A stretch of DNA of 64,000 bases, taken from an uncultured Bdellovibrionales bacterium. GTDB taxonomy: Bacteria > Patescibacteriota > Minisyncoccia > Moranbacterales > DUUL01. Shown in pieces: positions 1 to 9,102 of this stretch. The DNA is taken from assembly GCA_964421125.1 (NCBI GenBank), contig CAYQVD010000002.1, forward strand, positions 13,579-77,578. The letters run 5' to 3'. The notes beneath the pieces are model-generated. The model was not told the DNA's origin and ran no database searches. It saw only the letters and a list, made by a program, of their open reading frames with translations. How positions within the stretch are numbered: the first letter of the stretch is position 1; every line of letters starts with the position of its first letter. Made by a program: the position numbers and the translations under genes.

Positions 1-1051
1 AATTTCTGGACACGCAGAGAAATTTGCAGAGGAACTTTTCCATGTTACCTCAGAACACAAACAGAACTTAGTGATGAAACCAGTTCAATGTCCACATCAA
101 ACCCAGATTTTTGCATCAAGACCACGTTCTTATCGAGATCTTCCAATTCGATACATGGAATCTGAAAAACAATATCGAGCAGAAAAACCAGGCGAAATTA
201 GTGGGCTAAGCCGTGTCATCGCTATTACTGTTGAAGATGGTCACTCTTTTTGTCGAATAGACCAAGTGAAACAAGAGCTAAAAAACATGGTCCAGATCAT
301 TAAAGATTTCTATGAACCACTTGGACTTTGGGGAAATCATTGGGTATCCCTTTCTGTTCGAGACTATGAACATCCTGAAAAATATATTGGGGAACCAAAA
401 GACTGGGATAAATGTGAAAAAATACTTGAAGAAATTTCCAATGAAATGGGCCTCGAAGCAAAAAGATGTGAAGGAGAAGCAGCTCTCTATGGACCGAAGC
501 TAGATTTCATGTTCAAAGATGCCCTTGGAAAAGAAATTCAAATCCCAACTGTTCAACTTGATTTTGCAACTCCAAAAAAATTCGAGCTTGTTTATACTAA
601 TGAAAAAGGAGAGAAAGTTAACCCCGTCATGGTTCATCGAGCAATTCTTGGTTCTTATGAAAGAATGCTCGTTCTTCTGATTGAACATTTCGCCGGTGCT
701 TTCCCTGTTTGGCTATCCCCTGTTCAAGTTTCGATTCTGCCAGTATCTGAAAAATTTAATGACTACGCTCAAAAAGTGTCCGAAAAACTCCAAGAAGCTG
801 ACGTAAGAGTTGAAATTGTTAATTCCGATGACTCTCTTGGAAAAAAGATCGCAGAAACTACCAAGCAAAAAGTTCCATATATTCTTGTAGTTGGTGAAAA
901 AGAAACTGAAAATGAAACAGTTGCAGTTCGTGAACGAGATAGCAAAGAGAGTCCCGCTAACGCTAAAGCTAGAGCTGGTAAGCAAAATGAAATGAAGACT
1001 GATGAATTCCTAGAAAGAATTCTGAAAGAAATTGAGACAAAAAAGTTATAA
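1..1051 (+). CDS. thrS: Threonyl-tRNA synthetase (5'-truncated by window edge)
   Basis: MKPVQCPHQ, GEAALYGPKLD, TVQLDF, MVHRAILGSYER and FPVWLSPVQ motifs; C-terminal anticodon-binding domain; frame is open from the window start. Confidence 0.97.
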   Translation, partial: ISGHAEKFAEELFHVTSEHKQNLVMKPVQCPHQTQIFASRPRSYRDLPIRYMESEKQYRAEKPGEISGLSRVIAITVEDGHSFCRIDQVKQELKNMVQIIKDFYEPLGLWGNHWVSLSVRDYEHPEKYIGEPKDWDKCEKILEEISNEMGLEAKRCEGEAALYGPKLDFMFKDALGKEIQIPTVQLDFATPKKFELVYTNEKGEKVNPVMVHRAILGSYERMLVLLIEHFAGAFPVWLSPVQVSILPVSEKFNDYAQKVSEKLQEADVRVEIVNSDDSLGKKIAETTKQKVPYILVVGEKETENETVAVRERDSKESPANAKARAGKQNEMKTDEFLERILKEIETKKL

Positions 1052-1055
1052 ATAG

Positions 1056-1080
1056 AAAAGGTATACGTTTGTATACCTTC
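1056..1080. terminator. Hairpin terminator between convergent genes
   Basis: aaggtatac-gttt-gtatacctt inverted repeat just after the thrS stop. Confidence 0.6.
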
Positions 1081-1105
1081 TTCTAAATAACGATGTATTT
1101 AAAAT

Positions 1106-1498
1106 TTATCTTACCACTTTTAAATTAATTTCCATTTTTATACCAAGGTCTTCAAGGATTTTAATTGCCTTAAACATCTCAGGCAAATTTTCCCCTGTGA
1201 CGATTCCAGATGGCTCTTTTACAATTAATTCAACATTAAATTTACCAAGCTTTGCGAAATAATCATCTTCATATACTTCAATATACTTGTTTTTGAATTT
1301 GATTGCTGGAAATATTTTTAATAAACCTTCCCCGTTCTCAACTCCTAAAACTTTTCTAAGAGGTCCCTCCCAGTTTTCACGTAAAATTGTTTTCCCACTC
1401 CTTACTTCACAAAGATAAGAATTTACACCTTTTATACGGTCCAACTTACCCATAATTTCAGCAACTTCACGTGCAATATCTTTTAATTTCTTTTTCAT
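1106..1498 (-). CDS. Hypothetical protein
   Basis: 130-aa ORF with GAGGAGG Shine-Dalgarno upstream; no recognised motif. Confidence 0.7.
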   Translation of the reverse strand: MKKKLKDIAREVAEIMGKLDRIKGVNSYLCEVRSGKTILRENWEGPLRKVLGVENGEGLLKIFPAIKFKNKYIEVYEDDYFAKLGKFNVELIVKEPSGIVTGENLPEMFKAIKILEDLGIKMEINLKVVR

Positions 1499-1569
1499 TT
1501 AAGCCTCCTCTTATCTTAATTTACGATAAATTTTATAATATTATGTACTATAACTATTAAAAAACTTCT

Positions 1570-2754
1570 TTGAAGTATTACATCAAAACCTTCGGTTGTC
1601 AAATGAATGAAAGTGACTCAGAAAGAATCGCTAGTTTTTTTGATTCTCAGGGCTTTCAGGAAACTCAAGAAATTAAAAAAGCTGATTTGGTCATATTTAA
1701 TACTTGCGGAGTTCGACAAACTGCAGAAGACCGGGTCTATGGACAAGTCCATAACATCCGAAAAGCTTCCCCAAATGTGAAAATTATCATTACTGGTTGC
1801 ATCGCACACAGAAAAGATGTACAAAGAAGATTAAAAGATAAAGTAGATTTATTTATTTCTATTAAAGATATCAAAAAAATACCCGTTGAATTGTCGTTCT
1901 TACAAGATCCAGCTTCATTAACTTTCGGCGAGCAAAAATATAATACTCAGAAAAATTCAGATTGCAATGATTACCTAAATATAACTCCCAAATATGCAAA
2001 TAAAGAATCGGCTTTCATTCCAATCATGACTGGTTGTAACAATTTCTGCTCCTATTGCGTCGTTCCCTATGCTCGTGGAAGAGAATATTCAAGACCAGTC
2101 GAAGAAATTTTCAAAGAAATTAAAAATCTTTATAAAAAAGGATACAAAGAAATCACCCTGTTAGGACAAAATATAAACAGCTATTGTTATGAAAATAGTA
2201 ATTCGAAATTAACAACTAGGAAAAATTCAAAAACCCCTAATTACAAATTACACATTACAAATTATAACAAAAAAGTAACCTTCCCTACTCTATTAAACTC
2301 CATTGCAAAATCTTTTCCCAACATAAAATTCCATTTCCTCACCTCTCATCCAAAAGATTTTTCAGAAAAATTAATGAACGTGGTTGCAAAAAATAATAAT
2401 ATTTCAAAAGAAATTCATCTTCCCATTCAATCTGGCAGTGACAAAATCCTCAAAGCCATGAATCGTCCCTATACCCAAAAACATTATTTAAAACTTATAA
2501 AAAAAGCTCAAGAAATAATTCCGAGAGTTACCTTCACCACAGACGTAATAATCGGATTCCCCGGAGAAACTGAAGAAGATTTTCAAGAAACCGTAAAAGT
2601 TTTTGAAAAAGTTAATTATACTAAAGCTTATCTTAATAAATATTCCCCTCGCCCAGAAACTGTTGCTGAAAAACTTGGTGATCCAATTGAGTGGAATGAG
2701 AAAAAAAGACGAGCAAAATTCTTGAGACAATTTGTTAAAAATAAAAAAGAATAA
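1570..2754 (+). CDS. miaB: tRNA 2-methylthio-N6-dimethylallyladenosine synthase (radical SAM methylthiotransferase), apparently without a TRAM domain
   Basis: KTFGCQMNESDS, FNTCGVR, CNNFCSYC, IHLPIQSGSD and DVIIGFPGETEEDF motifs. Confidence 0.9.
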   Translation: MKYYIKTFGCQMNESDSERIASFFDSQGFQETQEIKKADLVIFNTCGVRQTAEDRVYGQVHNIRKASPNVKIIITGCIAHRKDVQRRLKDKVDLFISIKDIKKIPVELSFLQDPASLTFGEQKYNTQKNSDCNDYLNITPKYANKESAFIPIMTGCNNFCSYCVVPYARGREYSRPVEEIFKEIKNLYKKGYKEITLLGQNINSYCYENSNSKLTTRKNSKTPNYKLHITNYNKKVTFPTLLNSIAKSFPNIKFHFLTSHPKDFSEKLMNVVAKNNNISKEIHLPIQSGSDKILKAMNRPYTQKHYLKLIKKAQEIIPRVTFTTDVIIGFPGETEEDFQETVKVFEKVNYTKAYLNKYSPRPETVAEKLGDPIEWNEKKRRAKFLRQFVKNKKE

Positions 2755-2802
2755 ACTATTTTTTGTATTCTAAAAGCCCAAATCATTTTACGGTTTGGGC
2801 TT

Positions 2803-2991
2803 TTATTTTTCATTTTCATTAAATATAACACTAGATGACTCCGACATTACAAAAATCAAAGTATTCTCTATTATGCCAACTTTATTATTTAGCAATTTTC
2901 CATCAGGAGATAGATATTTATCAAGATCTTCTTCAATGGAGTTCCATCTCATCCTTATCTCTTTTTTTTCTTCCTCGGAATACTCTTTCAT
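2803..2991 (-). CDS. Small hypothetical protein
   Basis: 62-aa ORF with AAGGGAG SD; convergent hairpin terminator at 2773-2804. Confidence 0.55.
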   Translation of the reverse strand: MKEYSEEEKKEIRMRWNSIEEDLDKYLSPDGKLLNNKVGIIENTLIFVMSESSSVIFNENEK

Positions 2992-3090
2992 AAATACTCC
3001 CCTTTTTATTTTAAAAGATTACAGTTAATTGACAAAAAACATCCCTGAAGAACAAGGATATCAAAAAAATACCACCAAGTCAATAAATAA

Positions 3091-3795
3091 CTACTTTTCT
3101 ATGCTTCTATTTTCCACAATAATCGCAAATTCACCTTTAACTTTGTCTGAATTTTCTTCGAAATAATCAAGAATTTCACTTACATTTCCCCTTTTCACCT
3201 GCTCAAACATCTTTGTCAATTCTCGTCCAACGACCAAATTTGGCTCAATTCCCTGTTTTTGACTTAATTCCTGCAAAAGATTAAGATTTTTCATCAAACG
3301 ATGCGGAGATTCAAAAAAAACCACTGGAATTTCACTCTCTAGAAGTTTTCCGAAAAACTTGTTACGCCCCTTTTTCTGGGGGGTAAAACCCCAAAATTGG
3401 AACTTTGACATGTTTAATCCCGAAACTGAGATCAAGGATGTCAGAGAAGATGGTCCAGGGATGGAGATAACGTCAATTTCGTCTCCCAAAAGTTCCCAAA
3501 CTCTTGAAATAAGCTCATTTCCAGGGTCTGAAAGGCCTGGAGTGCCTGCATCTGATACAAGTGCCAAGTCATCCCCATTCTTAAGCCTTTCCAGTATCTT
3601 CTCAAACTTTTGAAAGTTACTTTTTCGATGAAATGAATCAGTTGGTTTGTCGATTTCGAAGTGATTTAAGAGATTTCGAGTCACCCTCGTGTCTTCACAC
3701 AAAATCAAATCAACACTTTTCAGCACTTCAACTGCCCGAAAAGTCATATCCCCCAAATTCCCAATTGGTGTCGCTACTATGTATAATTTAGACAT
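3091..3795 (-). CDS. rsmI: 16S rRNA C1402 2'-O-methyltransferase
   Basis: LYIVATPIGNLGD, LCEDTR, LVSDAGTPGLSDPG, FESPHR and RELTKMFE motifs. Confidence 0.96.
   Translation of the reverse strand: MSKLYIVATPIGNLGDMTFRAVEVLKSVDLILCEDTRVTRNLLNHFEIDKPTDSFHRKSNFQKFEKILERLKNGDDLALVSDAGTPGLSDPGNELISRVWELLGDEIDVISIPGPSSLTSLISVSGLNMSKFQFWGFTPQKKGRNKFFGKLLESEIPVVFFESPHRLMKNLNLLQELSQKQGIEPNLVVGRELTKMFEQVKRGNVSEILDYFEENSDKVKGEFAIIVENRSIEK
3727..3795 (-). repeat. 69-bp direct repeat copy 1 (rsmI 5' end)
   Basis: 67/69 identical to 4903-4971. Confidence 0.95.
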
Positions 3796-3877
3796 TTATT
3801 TTTATCAAAAATTATTTACAAAAGACTTCCAAGAAAGAAGTCTTTAAAAAAACTAATGAAAACTGTGAGAATTTACT

Positions 3878-4069
3878 CTAATTTTTACACTCACTCAAGT
3901 CAACTTTTTCGCCAAATTTTTTTTCGTATCTTCTTATTAGACCCAACTGATCTTCATTAGCCTTTTTGACAGCTTTTCTTAATATTTTTACTTTGTCAGC
4001 CGAAGACATCTCGAAATAATTCCGAGAGACTTTTTTTTCTTTTTTAAATATTTTCTTAAAATCTAACAT
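3878..4069 (-). CDS. Small basic protein coupled to the zeta-toxin-like gene (putative partner/antitoxin)
   Basis: 63-aa ORF overlapping the stop of 4063-4803. Confidence 0.65.
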   Translation of the reverse strand: MLDFKKIFKKEKKVSRNYFEMSSADKVKILRKAVKKANEDQLGLIRRYEKKFGEKVDLSECKN

Positions 4070-4803
4070 ATTTTTGAAATTAATGATTGCTTAGTGTATT
4101 TCATTTTTAAATGGTTGTCAACACTATCTATGTTTAGATTAATTTTTACTTCAAACCTATTTACATCCTTATCATTATTATACAACCTTTCAATTAAAGT
4201 TAATTCAATCTGAGATCCAAACTCCTTCTTTATTTGATTTACATTGTCTTTTGCTTTAAATAAGGATTCAACAAAAAAATCTTCTGGAATCGATCTACCC
4301 TCTTCATCCGATCTCTTAATGGTAAAATTCCATGCCACAATTGGATCAATATACAGATAAAATATTCCGACACTACGATCTTTGTCTAAAGATCTTTTTA
4401 CATTGTCCCGTGACTTTTTATAATTTGAAAATGTATTATCAAGAATAATGTTTTGTTTTTTATTTAATGAAAAATCAAATATCTTTTCAACTCCCACATT
4501 TGAAGCTGACTTAAAAATATCAGTATTGGTACCGTCATAGCCAATATCACCAAAAAAACTCCGTATCTCATCATCATCAATCCGAACAATTCCTCCGTCA
4601 CACTTAAAGCTAACCAACTTCTCGATAAGCCCACTTTCAATCAACCCCTTAGATGTTTCTGTTTTTCCTGCCCCAGGAGAACCTGCCATGAAAATCGAAA
4701 AAGGCTTTTCCGTTGATGGATATTTATCCAGAGAAGCAAATTGCTCAAGCAATCTTTTTTTATTTTCTTTTAAATATTTTTTTGCCTCCTCTGATTTCTT
4801 CAT
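4063..4803 (-). CDS. Zeta-toxin family P-loop kinase
   Basis: MAGSPGAGKT Walker A, RIDDDEIR, IILDNTFS and R..EEGRSIP motifs typical of zeta toxin/AAA_33 kinases. Confidence 0.8.
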   Translation of the reverse strand: MKKSEEAKKYLKENKKRLLEQFASLDKYPSTEKPFSIFMAGSPGAGKTETSKGLIESGLIEKLVSFKCDGGIVRIDDDEIRSFFGDIGYDGTNTDIFKSASNVGVEKIFDFSLNKKQNIILDNTFSNYKKSRDNVKRSLDKDRSVGIFYLYIDPIVAWNFTIKRSDEEGRSIPEDFFVESLFKAKDNVNQIKKEFGSQIELTLIERLYNNDKDVNRFEVKINLNIDSVDNHLKMKYTKQSLISKIC

Positions 4804-4902
4804 GTTTCTTTATATATTATAACAGAAAATCTAAATTCGACAAATTCTATTCATTCTTGCTGAAACAGGATTGTAACTCAGTTCATTGTTTTCTTCAAAC
4901 AT

Positions 4903-4971
4903 TTCAACCGCCCGAAAAGTCATATCCCCCAAATTCCCAATTGGTGTCGCTACTATGTATAATTTAGATAT
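4903..4971 (-). pseudogene. Truncated duplicate of the rsmI 5' end (start codon ATG changed to ATA)
   Basis: Direct repeat of 3727-3795; similarity ends after codon 23. Confidence 0.9.
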
Positions 4972-4985
4972 ATATTAAAATTAAT

Positions 4986-5537
4986 TTACTTTAATTTTGT
5001 TTCAGCAAAATTTTTTATTTCCAACCAACTATCCAAAGCGTCTGGTATGGAAAATTCAATGTGTTGCCCAATCATGGAAGTGTCTACGGTTCTCTGCTTC
5101 CATGACACCGAAATAATATCTTTCTTCAAAAGGTCAGATGGCCACTCACGCAAAATACCCCCTTCTTTATGTGAGCAAATATTTCAAATAATTCTCATAA
5201 ATTGAAACCATTGTTGCGCCTTATAAACTGGAAACTGATTCGTTTCATCACAATATTTCAAAATAATTTCATGTGATTCACGAAGAATAGATCTCATGAG
5301 ACTGGATTCAAATTCGGACAACATTAATTCTCTTCCATTTCTTGTTTTGTTTAACATGATATGGGAAATATCTCTTAAAGGCACTTCCAATAAAGTTTGA
5401 TCTGATCTTTTAAATTTAGCATTTTGTGTTGAAATTTCCATCCATTTCTGTTCAGGTATTATTCTAGTTGCTAAATTTCCAAATAAAAAATTATTTCGAA
5501 TATTTAATAAACTACCTAATAATTCAGCTTTTGTCAT
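4986..5537 (-). pseudogene. Putative HEPN-like RNase gene interrupted by an in-frame TGA at 5184-5186
   Basis: The frame continues 65 sense codons past TGA to TAA at 4986; it reads FMRII*NICSH, an RxxxxH motif if TGA was CGA. Confidence 0.6.
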
Positions 5538-5745
5538 GCTTCTAAAATAAAAATATTTCAACTACTTACCAAAGCAATCTTACAATCCGATCTAAGCTTT
5601 TAAAATACCAACTAAAAAACTATCCTATAGTTTCCCCTTCTTGCTAGAGCGAACTTGTAGTCCTGTTCATTAATTAGGCCTTAAAACAAATCTTTAAAAT
5701 TTCTAATTGAAAATTCACTGGAAATTAAAAAATTAAAAATGAAAA

Positions 5746-8058
5746 TTAATCTCTGATCTCCCCTTCCTCCCCAACCTGATCAAGCTGAACAGAAAGAAGT
5801 TGTGAGATTCCACCATCGTTCATGGAAACTCCATAGAGAACAGTAGCTTCTTTCATGGTTTGACGATTATGAGTGACAAGCACAAACTGGGTCTTATTTG
5901 AAAGTTGTCTTAAAATTTTTCCAAATCTTTTGGAATTTGCTTCGTCAAGTGATGCTTCAACTTCATCAAGAATTGCAAATGGTGGTGGATTATGAGAAAT
6001 AATTGCGAAAAGAAGTGCAATTGAAGTCAAAGCTCTTTCCCCACCAGAAAGCATCCCAAGATTAGAAATTTTCTTTCCTGGAGGACAAGCCTTAATCTCA
6101 ATTCCAATCTGAACATCATCCTCATCAATTTCCTCAACATCCAAATCAATTTCATTACCATGTTCATCTACTTCAACGTCTTTTCCGCTAGTTCTTTTTC
6201 TTATTTCAACCTTAACCAATTCTGCTTTTCCACCATCAAAAATAATTTTAAAATATTCTGCAAACTTTTTGTTAATATTCTCAAAAGTCTCTTCAAAGCT
6301 TCCCTTAATGTTATGATCCATCTCTTTAATGATCTTCCGAAGACTTTTAATTGCTTCTTCCAAATCTCCTGATTCTTTTGAAAGAAAATCATACCGCTCT
6401 TGTGTCTCTTGATATTCCTGCAAAATTGTTTCATCAATTGCTCCAACCTGTTCAAGTTGAAATTTGAGTCGCTCAATGGCATGTTCCCATTTGTTCACAT
6501 CAACATCGATGGTCTTTTTCTCAAGTTTTTCTGGACCAATCTTCATCTCTTTTTCAATTCGAATCTGCAAATCCTCTTCTCGAACCTCCAATTTCGCAAG
6601 CTCCAATTTATAATCGTTAAATTGATCCTTCACTTTTTCAGTCTCGAATTGTTTTCTTCGAAGTTGATCTTCCAACTTAATCATTTCTCGACGTTCATCT
6701 TGATCACTCTTAACAAGCTCATTAATTTTTTCACGAATCTTTTCTCTCTTGCCTTCAATTTCATTTCTTTCTTTTTCCAGTTTTTCAACTCCTGATTGCA
6801 TTACTGAAAGCCTTTTTTGTCCCTCTTCTTGAATTGCTCTCAATTTGTCCACTTGTTTTTTCTTTTCAATCTTTCCCTTAATCACTCCTTGATGAAGCTC
6901 TGAAAGATCAATTGATATTTTCTCTGCGTAATCTTTAAGCTCTTTCAAGTCTCCAATTTTTTTCAAGGCTGAGATTTTTTCAACCAATTGACCTTGTCTT
7001 TTTTGAAGATCTTCAAGTCTTGTCCTGATGAATCCTGCATCAACTGGAATTATTTCAATTACTTTAATTTCTTTCTGTCGCTCTTTTTCAAGCTCCATCT
7101 TTCCTTGTTCGATAATCAGTTTTCTTTCCAAATCATTTGAAAAATGATTCACTTTTCGTTCTTCTTCTTCAAGTTTTTGAATTTCCTCTTGATGATCAGC
7201 TTTATTCCCAGACTCTTTACTCAATTTGTCTTTAATTTCATCAATTTCTCGTTGATTTATCATAATCTGCTTAGAAAAATCATCCCTAATTCCAGAAGAC
7301 TGATTTTTTTCAGTTTGAATCTTATTCCAAAGAAAACCAAAAAATTCATTCTGTTTTCGTTTCAAATTTGCTCGATATTCATCGCCTTTTTCTGCCTTTT
7401 GGCTTTGACGACGAAGCGTGTTGAGATGTGGTTCAATTTCAATTAAAAGTCCCTTCACTCTTTCAATATTAACCTTGGTTAATCTCAGCTTCCTCTCACT
7501 TCGATCTTTTTTAATTTGATGCTCTTTCACTCCAGCGACTTCTTCAATCATCACCCGTCGCTCCACAGGAGTTGCATTCAAAACATGATCAGCCATTCCT
7601 TGATTGATGATACAATAACTTCGTTGGCCAATTCCAGCTTTTGCAAGCATATCAACAATATCTAAAAGTCGAACCTTACTTCCATTGATAAGATATTCAC
7701 TTTCTCCACTTCGATAAATCTTTCTTGAAATCACTAAGTCATCATAATCAATTGGAATTTTTTTGGAAGAGTTGTCCAAATACATTGAAACTTGAGCACT
7801 TCCTAATTGAGATTTCTTTCCTGATCCAGCAAAAATGATATCTTCAGACTTCTTTCCTCGTAAAGTTTTCATTGATTGCTCTCCCATAGACCATTTCAAA
7901 GCATCTGCAATATTTGATTTTCCAGATCCATTTGGTCCAACAATCGCCGTGATTCCAAGGGTTTTCCCATTACTCAAAACACCAGCTTTGGAAAAATCCA
8001 GAACTGTTTTCTTTGCAAATGATTTAAAACCGCTCATTTCAAGTTTTTTTAGAAACAT
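5746..8058 (-). CDS. smc: Chromosome segregation SMC family ATPase (short, 770 aa)
   Basis: GFKSFA, GPNGSGKSN, LRG..SEDIIFAG, LSGGE, ILDEVEASLD and VTHN motifs; adjacent to rnc. Confidence 0.9.
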   Translation of the reverse strand: MFLKKLEMSGFKSFAKKTVLDFSKAGVLSNGKTLGITAIVGPNGSGKSNIADALKWSMGEQSMKTLRGKKSEDIIFAGSGKKSQLGSAQVSMYLDNSSKKIPIDYDDLVISRKIYRSGESEYLINGSKVRLLDIVDMLAKAGIGQRSYCIINQGMADHVLNATPVERRVMIEEVAGVKEHQIKKDRSERKLRLTKVNIERVKGLLIEIEPHLNTLRRQSQKAEKGDEYRANLKRKQNEFFGFLWNKIQTEKNQSSGIRDDFSKQIMINQREIDEIKDKLSKESGNKADHQEEIQKLEEEERKVNHFSNDLERKLIIEQGKMELEKERQKEIKVIEIIPVDAGFIRTRLEDLQKRQGQLVEKISALKKIGDLKELKDYAEKISIDLSELHQGVIKGKIEKKKQVDKLRAIQEEGQKRLSVMQSGVEKLEKERNEIEGKREKIREKINELVKSDQDERREMIKLEDQLRRKQFETEKVKDQFNDYKLELAKLEVREEDLQIRIEKEMKIGPEKLEKKTIDVDVNKWEHAIERLKFQLEQVGAIDETILQEYQETQERYDFLSKESGDLEEAIKSLRKIIKEMDHNIKGSFEETFENINKKFAEYFKIIFDGGKAELVKVEIRKRTSGKDVEVDEHGNEIDLDVEEIDEDDVQIGIEIKACPPGKKISNLGMLSGGERALTSIALLFAIISHNPPPFAILDEVEASLDEANSKRFGKILRQLSNKTQFVLVTHNRQTMKEATVLYGVSMNDGGISQLLSVQLDQVGEEGEIRD

Positions 8059-8102
8059 CTTCTTTTATTATTTTGAGATTTGATTTTTAAATTTTGATTT
8101 TC

Positions 8103-8825
8103 TTACTCCCACCCTCTTGCTTTCAAACCAGCTATAGCTGCATTTCTTTGTGCTTCCTGTTTTGATTCACCCTCTCCTTCAGCAACCTTTTCCTTTCCAA
8201 GAAAAACTGCCACAGAAAATTTCTTATCATGATCTGGTCCCCATTCTTTTACAACTTCATAATGAGGAGTAACCTGATCAATCTCCTGAGCCTTTTCCTG
8301 AAAATAGCTTTTTGGGTCTCGATAACTTTTTGTTTCCAAAACGTTTGAAAGTTTTGAAATTATATATTTATTAATAAATTTATCTGCCTCTCTATATCCC
8401 AAATCAAGATGAATCGCACCAATAATCGCCTCCATTGCATTGGCAAGGATATATTGTCTTGCTTTTCCAGTATCTTTACTTTCTCCTCGTGACATAAGTA
8501 AAAATTCTTCAATTTCAATTTCCTGCCCAATTTTAGCAAGCATTTCACCATTGACAAGGGCTGCTCGCCAATTTGTAAGATCACCTTCTGGATTTTTATA
8601 ATTCGCAAACAAATATTCCGTCACTGAAAGCTCCAAAACTGCATCTCCTAGAAATTCCAACCTTTCGTTGTGTGGAAATTCGTAGTCCCGATTTTCATTA
8701 AGATAAGATCTGTGAGTTAACGCTTCCTGAAGGATTTGATAATCCTCAAATTTAAGGCCAAGTTTTTTAGCCAATCCCTTTGCTTGTTCTTGCATAACTG
8801 TTTTAACAGCCAAGATGGAAATCAT
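8103..8825 (-). CDS. rnc: Ribonuclease III
   Basis: ALTHRS, NERLEFLGDAVL, EAIIGAIHLD motifs and C-terminal dsRBD; true start may be a few codons downstream. Confidence 0.97.
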   Translation of the reverse strand: MISILAVKTVMQEQAKGLAKKLGLKFEDYQILQEALTHRSYLNENRDYEFPHNERLEFLGDAVLELSVTEYLFANYKNPEGDLTNWRAALVNGEMLAKIGQEIEIEEFLLMSRGESKDTGKARQYILANAMEAIIGAIHLDLGYREADKFINKYIISKLSNVLETKSYRDPKSYFQEKAQEIDQVTPHYEVVKEWGPDHDKKFSVAVFLGKEKVAEGEGESKQEAQRNAAIAGLKARGWE

Positions 8826-8898
8826 GAAGATTATTCATAACTTTCAACCGAGCGTTTTATTTAGTTAATAGTTAATAATTTTTAGTTAGTAGCTAAAT

Positions 8899-8924
8899 TG
8901 TCATTCCTGTGAGGGCAGGAATCC
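8899..8924. repeat. REP-like palindrome TGTCATTCC-N-GGAATCC
   Basis: tgtcattcctgtgagggcaggaatcc; similar copy at 61081-61106. Confidence 0.6.
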
Positions 8925-9102
8925 CTTAGTCTTCATACTAATATAATATTACAAAGCCTAACAATAGAATTCTATCATAAAATCTTCAAAAATCAAACAT
9001 TATTATTTTACCCCCTTATTGCAAAAAGAGACACAGAAAATTTATTATGAAAAAGAAAATCACCAGTAAACACTAGTGATTTTCATTCAATATGCATTAA
9101 GC

